Source: Chamaesiphon sp. VAR_4_metabat_408 (GTDB lineage: Bacteria > Cyanobacteriota > Cyanobacteriia > Cyanobacteriales > Chamaesiphonaceae). From it: DNA of 24,000 bases. The position numbers and the translations under genes are program-made. Each line of letters begins with the position of its first letter. Positions within the stretch are counted from its first letter, which is position 1. Location of the stretch: contig JANOPX010000103.1 in assembly GCA_031422115.1 (NCBI GenBank), forward strand, positions 53,222-77,221. Direction: 5' to 3'. Below are positions 18,103 through 24,000 of this stretch, piece after piece. The notes beneath the pieces are model-generated. The model was not told the DNA's origin. It was given only the letters and a program-made list of their open reading frames with translations, and searched no databases.

Positions 18103-18368
18103 CCCGCGATCGAACCCCGTCACCTACACAGGCGTATTCGACACCATCCGCGAAGTCTTCACCCAAACCATCGAAGCCAAAACACGCGGCTATAAAGCCG
18201 GACAATTTTCCTTCAACGTTAAAGGTGGACGTTGCGAAGCCTGTAGCGGACAAGGAGTCAACATCACCTTTAATGAACTTCCTCCCCGATGTCTTCGTCC
18301 AATGCGATGTCTGCAAAGGCGAACGCTACAACCGCGAAACCCTCCAAGTTAAATATAAAGGTAAATCG

Positions 18369-18393
18369 TTGGCGTAGCCTCTCTGGAGGAGAC
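18369..18393 (+). repeat. Small dispersed repeat (~25 nt) inserted in the uvrA fragment
   Basis: ttggcgtagcctctctggaggagac lies between aaatcg and tcgccgatg; intact uvrA has aaatcgatcgccgatg. Confidence 0.88.
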
Positions 18394-18746
18394 TCGCCGA
18401 TGTCCTCAATATGACCGTCGAAGAAGGCTTAGACTTCTTCTTTAAACATCCCCCGCGCCGCCACCCGCCTCCAAACCCTCGTCGATGTGGGACTCGGCTA
18501 CGTCAAACTCGGACAAACCGCACCCACCCTCTCCGGCGGCGAAGCCCAACGAGTTAAACTCGCCACCGAACTATCCAAACGTGCCACCGGGAAAACCTTA
18601 TACCCGATTGATGAACCCACCACCGGACTCTCATTCTACGATGTCCACAAGCTTCTAGACGTGCTCCAAAGACTAGTTGACAAAGGAAACTCCATTATCG
18701 TCATCGAACACAACCTAGCCGTGATTCGCTGCTCCGACTGGGCGAT

Positions 18747-18771
18747 TCTCTTGACAGAGAGGCTACGCCAA
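18747..18771 (-). repeat. Second small dispersed repeat of the same family, opposite orientation
   Basis: tctcttgacagagaggctacgccaa (reverse complement ttggcgtagcctctctgtcaagaga) lies between gcgat and cgatctcgg; intact uvrA has acgatcgatctcgg. 17 nt are identical to the first repeat. Confidence 0.88.
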
Positions 18772-18995
18772 CGATCTCGGCCCAGAAGGTGGTAATAAGG
18801 GCGGAGAATTAGTAGCAGTAGGAACGCCAGAACAGGTGGCGAAAAATCCGAAGTCCCATACGGGGAAATATCTCAAGCAGGTGTTGAAACAACATTCAGC
18901 CATGAAAGCTTAACCACGGAGTTTAAGATCGTGCCAGAACTATTAAGTCCAGATTCCCAATATTTAAGCGAATTAATACTGGAGGATTATCTCTA

Positions 18996-19769
18996 TTACC
19001 TCAAGAGTTGCGTCATGCTCAACGGCTGATAATCATCCCCTGCAAATGGTTTGAAATTTCGTTCGTGGAGAGTCTCTGAGACTAAGTTACATTCGGCTGT
19101 CAGATTACACAACAATCGAAATTGCATTGGTGTTGGAGAGGGATTTACGCGATCGATTGTTACTTTTACTTGTTGAGGGTGTTCCTGAAGCATTCTGAAA
19201 ATGTCTTGAGACAAATATCGAGGGCAATATCCGAGATTATAACGATCCTCAGTGTGTAGCAATAAAGACTTTGAATCGTAGGAATTTTGCCAATCATGGC
19301 TGAGATATAAAATATCTCCCTGTTGTAATTGTAAGGCTTTGTCGATCGAGCATTTCGGCATATACCGTAAGCCACGTACAAAGAAATGAGTATAATAATT
19401 CCCCTTTTCATTAATTTCTGGACAGGGGAAAACTTCATAAGTATCTGTTGCTTTACCGCCACCACTTCTCGATAAAACTGTCATCGGATTGTCTTCACCT
19501 TCAGGAATATTTAGAGATTCAATATATTTTAGATAATCAGGACGAGAACGAGACATCAACCGATTAGAAAATAGTGGAAAAAGCTCTGTCGAACTATAAG
19601 TCTTGTCTAGCTCTGGCAAAGAATAAACCGAAGTAAAACCTTCGCGCCTAGCCTTTTCAACTCCTTGAATGTAGAAAAAATGATATTTGTTACCATCAAA
19701 TTCTAGACAGCCGATCGGAAACCAATGACGACTCTTAGGTTCTTTCCATGCTAAGAATAGCTTTTTCAT
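18996..19769 (-). CDS. HIRAN-domain protein
   Basis: 257 aa; C-terminal ALQLQQGDILYLSHDWQNSYDSKSLLLHTEDRYNLGYCPRYLSQDIFRML fits the HIRAN pattern; start overlaps the stop of the upstream HipA-like gene. Confidence 0.75.
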   Translation of the reverse strand: MKKLFLAWKEPKSRHWFPIGCLEFDGNKYHFFYIQGVEKARREGFTSVYSLPELDKTYSSTELFPLFSNRLMSRSRPDYLKYIESLNIPEGEDNPMTVLSRSGGGKATDTYEVFPCPEINEKGNYYTHFFVRGLRYMPKCSIDKALQLQQGDILYLSHDWQNSYDSKSLLLHTEDRYNLGYCPRYLSQDIFRMLQEHPQQVKVTIDRVNPSPTPMQFRLLCNLTAECNLVSETLHERNFKPFAGDDYQPLSMTQLLR

Positions 19770-20680
19770 AGTTGTTCTCGAAACTTTAATAATTTATCTC
19801 GATTGTGATTTAATATATTTTGAGCAAATTCAATAGCAGTGGCAGATATTCGATTTTCAGGAATACGCTGGAGCAATTGGAAAGTATCATTCTGCGATCC
19901 GGTTTCCAAAATATTTAGCCACACACAAGCAGCTTCGGGGCATAGTTTAGCAGCTTTGGCAAAGGATTCAAAAGCTTTAATTGGTTTCGATTGTCCAATA
20001 TTATAGAAGGATGAATCACACCGATCGGCATAAGCTCCTACGGAATAACCTGTGTCGCTAGTTTTGAGTCTTTTCAATCTCTTATCATCAGATTCATTTC
20101 TGCCTAAACTCGAAGCATGGTCATAAGTTGGTGCTAAATAAAGTTGTCGTTCGAGTTCTATAAATCCCCAATTTTCATGATGTCTATCGCTATTACCAAT
20201 CCAAGCATCTAAAAGTAAATAACCAACAAAAACATGATGGACTTTGATGATATTTTCCAGTGGTTCCCAACCTAAAGGCATTAATACTTCTGAAAGATCG
20301 TCGAAAGCACTAAAAATTCGTTCGATCGTATGCTGAGATAAATTTCTAGTATCTGTTGGGTAATCTGAGTATATTCTAGCTAAAATTTCGTTGCCAAGCA
20401 TAAGATTACCATTTTTAGGCAAAAACGATCGAGAGATAACTCCGTATTCACCATTACATGTTGCTAGTTCGTATTTAGCATGGGGAAGTTTTAGCAACTG
20501 ACACAATTCGGCTGCTATTTTTTCCGACCAATCTTCGCCTGCTGTTTTCGATCTAGACTTTTTGTACAAGCACCAGCCTAGTTGCTCGTGTCTGAACCAG
20601 AACTTTTCCTTTGTTCCTAGTGATTCCTGCTCTTCAGGAGCTTCTAGCGAAACTTCAAATATTTGGAATCTTTCAGTCAC
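19766..20680 (-). CDS. HipA-like kinase-domain protein (HipA C-terminal catalytic fold only)
   Basis: 304 aa; catalytic motif LLLDAWIGNSDRHHENWGFIE and metal-binding APTYDHASSLG. No obvious N-terminal Couple_hipA domain or HTH partner. Confidence 0.82.
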   Translation of the reverse strand: MTERFQIFEVSLEAPEEQESLGTKEKFWFRHEQLGWCLYKKSRSKTAGEDWSEKIAAELCQLLKLPHAKYELATCNGEYGVISRSFLPKNGNLMLGNEILARIYSDYPTDTRNLSQHTIERIFSAFDDLSEVLMPLGWEPLENIIKVHHVFVGYLLLDAWIGNSDRHHENWGFIELERQLYLAPTYDHASSLGRNESDDKRLKRLKTSDTGYSVGAYADRCDSSFYNIGQSKPIKAFESFAKAAKLCPEAACVWLNILETGSQNDTFQLLQRIPENRISATAIEFAQNILNHNRDKLLKFREQL

Positions 20681-20759
20681 GCTATTTTTAGGCGATCGAT
20701 AAATTTAATTGATGTTAGGCAAAATCCACTCAAGCTCACTCAGCAAGAAAGATGTATGT

Positions 20760-21563
20760 TCATTTACCCAGCAGTTTCACCACCCCAATCCCGCCGAAGT
20801 ACAGAGCTAGAACTGCTCCAGCGAGTAAACTTTGAGTGAGAGGATCTGTAGAGGGAGTGACGACAGCACCGACGACCATTGAGCCTACCACGACATTTTT
20901 CCAGCCAGCTAGCATCAACTTGGAAGAAAGAATACCGAGCAGGGATAATAGAATCTGAATGACAGGTAGTTCAAATAAGAGTCCAGTGGCAAATAATAAG
21001 ACAAGGATAAATTCAAAATAGCGATCGATCGACCAAGCTTGCTCGACGACATCCGCACCATAACCGATCAGAAAATTCAGCGCGGCGGGAATCAAGGCAT
21101 AGTAGGCAAACGCCACCCCAGCGACGAATAATACCGCCGAACCAGCCACCACAGGCAATACCAACTGTCGTTCGCGGCGAGTTAATCCAGGGATAACAAA
21201 TTGGACGATTTGATAGAGCACCACAGGAGTGGCGACTAATAACCCACAGTAGCCAGCTACTTTTACGGAGACGAAAAAGTACTCTCCTGGAGCCAGTTGG
21301 AGAAATTTTATCCCCGCTGCGGGGACTTCTAAAATTTGGACGATTTGTTTGGCATATACAAAACAGCCTGCTGCACCGATCGCCACTGCCGCGATCGCGT
21401 AAAATATCCTTTGACGCAACTCTTCCAAATGATCGGAAAAAGACATCTCCAAGGCGGGTAGTTCATCCGGCTCGACATCGGTAGTAAAGTCTATATCTGG
21501 TGCCCAGAGAGCGGTACTAAGTTCGGGTTCGGGTTGAAAGTCGGTGTCTACTTCTGGATTCAT
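20760..21563 (-). CDS. tatC: Twin-arginine translocase subunit TatC
   Basis: 267 aa; MSFSDHLEELRQRIFYAIAAVAIG, FFVSVKVAGYCGLLVATPVVLYQIVQFVIPGLTRRERQ, FRYF-like region, GSMVVGAVVTPSTDPLTQSLLAG. Confidence 0.96.
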   Translation of the reverse strand: MNPEVDTDFQPEPELSTALWAPDIDFTTDVEPDELPALEMSFSDHLEELRQRIFYAIAAVAIGAAGCFVYAKQIVQILEVPAAGIKFLQLAPGEYFFVSVKVAGYCGLLVATPVVLYQIVQFVIPGLTRRERQLVLPVVAGSAVLFVAGVAFAYYALIPAALNFLIGYGADVVEQAWSIDRYFEFILVLLFATGLLFELPVIQILLSLLGILSSKLMLAGWKNVVVGSMVVGAVVTPSTDPLTQSLLAGAVLALYFGGIGVVKLLGK

Positions 21564-21705
21564 CGAAGAGCTTTGGGCAGATTTATCTTCTAATTATAGG
21601 GGGTAGTAGAATTAGTCGCTCAGGTGGCGATTTGGCGATCTTTGCTTAGGGCGCATCGATCGTGGATAATTAAGAATTGATAAGTAAATTAATTTTATAG
21701 TCTTC

Positions 21706-22443
21706 GTGAATAACCAGAGTACTGTCTCCGATACTAAGCGCACTTTTTACTCCAAGCATACCCGGCCGATTAATTCGATCTATCGGCGGATTGTAGAGGA
21801 ATTGATGGTGGAAATGCACCTGCTCTCTACCAACGTTGATTTTGTCTACGATCCGATTTATGCTTTGGGTGTGGTGAGTAGTTTCGATCGATTGATGACT
21901 AGCTATCGGCCTGAGACAGACAAGCAGTCTATTTTTTCGGCTCTATGTCAATCGATCGGTAGTAGTACCGAAAAGTATCGCGAAGATGCTGCTGGAATCC
22001 AAGAATTTGCGCGGAGTATGGCAGGACAAGATATCGTCGATTGGCTCGTCAAGCCAACTTCAGATGGGATGGGCGCGCAATTAGCCGGAATCGTGGGTTC
22101 GATCTCAGGTAATGCCAAATTCAAATACAGTCGTTTATTTGGGGTGGGTTTGTTTACCATCCTCGAACAAGCTGCACCTGATTTACTCAAAGATGAGAAA
22201 CTACGGACAGCAGCGGTGGTAAAAATTACCGAAGCTATGCACCTCACCACTGATAAAGTTCAAAAAGATCTTGATGCTTATCGCAGTAATCTTGATAAAC
22301 TAGTGCAGATGGAAGCTGTAATGGTAGATGTAATTGAAGCCGATCGCAAAAAACGCGAAAAACGTGCCGCTGAGAAGGCCGAAAAAGCCGCAGCTACTAC
22401 TCCAACTACTCCAGCCGAATCCGAAACTGGTGCAGGCAGTTAA
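21706..22443 (+). CDS. thf1: Photosystem II biogenesis / thylakoid formation protein Psb29 (Thf1)
   Basis: 245 aa; TVSDTKRTFYSKHTRPINSIYRRIVEELMVEMHLLSTNVDFVYDPIYALGVVSSFDRLMTSYRPE is characteristic of Psb29/Thf1. Confidence 0.93.
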   Translation: MNNQSTVSDTKRTFYSKHTRPINSIYRRIVEELMVEMHLLSTNVDFVYDPIYALGVVSSFDRLMTSYRPETDKQSIFSALCQSIGSSTEKYREDAAGIQEFARSMAGQDIVDWLVKPTSDGMGAQLAGIVGSISGNAKFKYSRLFGVGLFTILEQAAPDLLKDEKLRTAAVVKITEAMHLTTDKVQKDLDAYRSNLDKLVQMEAVMVDVIEADRKKREKRAAEKAEKAAATTPTTPAESETGAGS

Positions 22444-22553
22444 AACCACCGCCACAAGATCCGATTTCACCATCTAGCTTTCAGGACTAGCTGTAGGGTG
22501 GGCACTGCCCACCATCTATATTTCAGGTAATTTATCTCCAACTCCCCACTTGA

Positions 22554-23582
22554 ATGACTGCCGAACCGATAAATTGGTCGCAACTACTCCACCAACTGCT
22601 GGAAAAACAATCTCTGACTCAAACCCAATCTGCTGAACTGATGCAGGGATGGTTGCAAGGGGATATATCTCCTGTGATGTCTGGAGCGATTTTAGCAGCG
22701 CTGGAGGCGAAAAAAGTTAGTGCGATCGAACTCGCAGGCATGGCGCAAATATTACAATCCCCCGCCATCTGCCATCCCACTCCAGTCATCGATACGTGTG
22801 GGACTGGTGGGGACGGTGCCTCCACCTTCAATATCTCCACCGCAGTGGCGTTTGTTGCCGCAGCAGCAGGCTTAAAAGTCGCCAAACATGGAAGTCGATC
22901 GGCATCCAGCCTGGTGGGTTCTGCGGATGTATTGGAGGCTCTGGGGGTAAAATTGACCGCACCACCAGCACGAGTAACTCAAGCCCTCGATGCTGTGGGG
23001 ATTACCTTCCTATTTGCCCCTGGTTGGCATCCAGCGATGAAAGCTGTCGTACCCTTACGGCAAGAGCTAAAGATTAGAACAGTATTTAATCTCATCGGCC
23101 CATTAGTCAATCCCTTGCGTCCAACCGGGCAAATTATCGGTATCGGTACGCCCCATTTGCTCGAAACTATGGCAGAAGCTGCGGGAATTTTGGGCACGCA
23201 ACAAGCAATAGTGCTACATGGGCGAGAACGTCTGGATGAAGCAGGTTTGGGCGATTTAACAGACTTGGCAATTCTCACAAATGGGGTGGTAAAAGTTACC
23301 AGTATTAATCCCACCGAATTGGGGATTACTCCTGCACCAATTACTACGCTCAAAGGTGGTGATGTTGCCGAAAATGCGGCGATTTTGACAGCGGTACTCC
23401 AAGGCAAAGGGACTGCGGCTCAAAGAGATGTTGTGGCTCTTAATGCCAGTTTAGCTTTCCAAATTGGCGATTTGATTCCGATTGGAGAGCATCAACGGGG
23501 GGTGGAGCTGGCGCAAACTATTTTAGGTAGCGGTGTGGGTTGGGATAAGTTGGGGGAATTGGTCAAATTTCTTAATTGCTAG
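22554..23582 (+). CDS. trpD: Anthranilate phosphoribosyltransferase
   Basis: 342 aa; [54 protein letters not shown] and [16 protein letters not shown] motifs. Confidence 0.97.
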   Translation: MTAEPINWSQLLHQLLEKQSLTQTQSAELMQGWLQGDISPVMSGAILAALEAKKVSAIELAGMAQILQSPAICHPTPVIDTCGTGGDGASTFNISTAVAFVAAAAGLKVAKHGSRSASSLVGSADVLEALGVKLTAPPARVTQALDAVGITFLFAPGWHPAMKAVVPLRQELKIRTVFNLIGPLVNPLRPTGQIIGIGTPHLLETMAEAAGILGTQQAIVLHGRERLDEAGLGDLTDLAILTNGVVKVTSINPTELGITPAPITTLKGGDVAENAAILTAVLQGKGTAAQRDVVALNASLAFQIGDLIPIGEHQRGVELAQTILGSGVGWDKLGELVKFLNC

Positions 23583-23605
23583 TGTTGGGCTTGTGGTAGG
23601 CAAGT

Positions 23606-24000
23606 CGGCAAATGAGAATAACTTGTGGGTTGCGAGTTTTTCTGGTGTGGGCGAGAACCCGGAACTGGGGGTTCCGACCCCCAGACTACTTTGTTGAGAG
23701 GGGAGGACGCTCCCCCCTCAAACTCCCCTGCGTATGGATGGCTGGTGTGCTAGCGTAGGCTTCAAATGCACTCCACTTTGGATTTTAGTTGGGAGTTACT
23801 ATACTTTGCACCTCACATCCCTCATCCCTCATCCCATAACAAGCCGAGCGGCAAATGAGAATAACTTGTGGGGTGCGAGTTTTTTTGGTGTGGGCGAGAA
23901 CCCGGAACTGGGGGTTCCGACCCCCAGACCCCCCGCCGGGTGGGGGAAACGTCCCCCCCCCGAACCCCCCTGCGTATGGATGGCTGGTGTGCTAGCGTAG
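23606..24000. repeat. Two copies of a ~152-nt GC-rich intergenic direct repeat with an internal perfect hairpin
   Basis: Unit 1 23606-23758, unit 2 23849-24000 (reaches window edge): cggcaaatgagaataacttgtggg...gggcgagaacccggaactgggggttccgacccccagac...ctgcgtatggatggctggtgtgctagcgtag. Each holds CTGGGGGT-tccg-ACCCCCAG. Confidence 0.9.

Larger units (their letters stand above)
17967..18897 (+). pseudogene. uvrA: Degraded second copy of the uvrA 3' end
   Basis: Near-identical to 7060-7807 (for example cgaaccccgtcacctacacaggcgtattcgacaccatccgcgaagtcttcacccaaaccatcgaagcc...), with frameshifts and three inserted elements. Homology stops sharply after 'aacattc' in both copies. Confidence 0.95.

Noticed and set aside
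17941-18195. 84-aa plus-strand ORF and the 102-aa ORF at 18487-18795 as real genes
   Set aside because: The first crosses the MITE and uvrA debris; the second is an in-frame piece of the uvrA pseudogene that frameshifts at the dispersed repeat.
23734-24000. 88-aa plus-strand ORF at the right edge
   Set aside because: Spans the intergenic repeat units (PPAGWGKRPPPEPPCVWMAGVLA is repeat-derived), so unlikely to be coding.

Overview
Cyanobacterial chromosome segment. Conserved genes flank a roughly 10-13 kb accessory/defence region. LEFT: glycerate 2-kinase (partial, minus strand, missed by the ORF track), a small conserved protein, an AarF/UbiB kinase, a PP2C phosphatase and full-length uvrA (4974-7820). 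ACCESSORY: an AAA+ ATPase / S8 subtilase pair resembling IetAS; a VapB-like antitoxin with no visible toxin; a DUF4926-like gene; a DUF433/DUF5615 toxin-antitoxin pair; and a minus-strand Zorya-like cassette. That cassette has a ZorA-like MotA-type protein with a 58-aa tandem-repeat tail, a ZorB-like OmpA/MotB protein and a ZorC-like EH_Signature protein, but no ZorD helicase. A degraded second copy of the uvrA 3' end follows (17967-18897), then a HipA-like kinase/HIRAN-domain gene pair. RIGHT: tatC, thf1/psb29 and trpD, ending in a GC-rich direct repeat. The main structural observations are: (1) direct duplication of about 740 bp of the uvrA 3' end brackets the IetAS/TA/Zorya block, in the layout expected for a Campbell-type integration; (2) comparing the two copies base by base exposes a 123-bp MITE (17-bp perfect TIRs, 9-bp target duplication) and two ~25-bp small dispersed repeats in opposite orientation; (3) the Zorya-like cassette looks degraded, with an in-frame amber codon in zorA followed by 68 open codons, no ATG/GTG/TTG for the conserved N-terminal region of zorA, and an upstream ORF interrupted by a single TGA; (4) the HipA-like/HIRAN pair with a 4-nt overlap is a candidate under-described conflict module. 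All family assignments come from motif recognition; no database searches were run.
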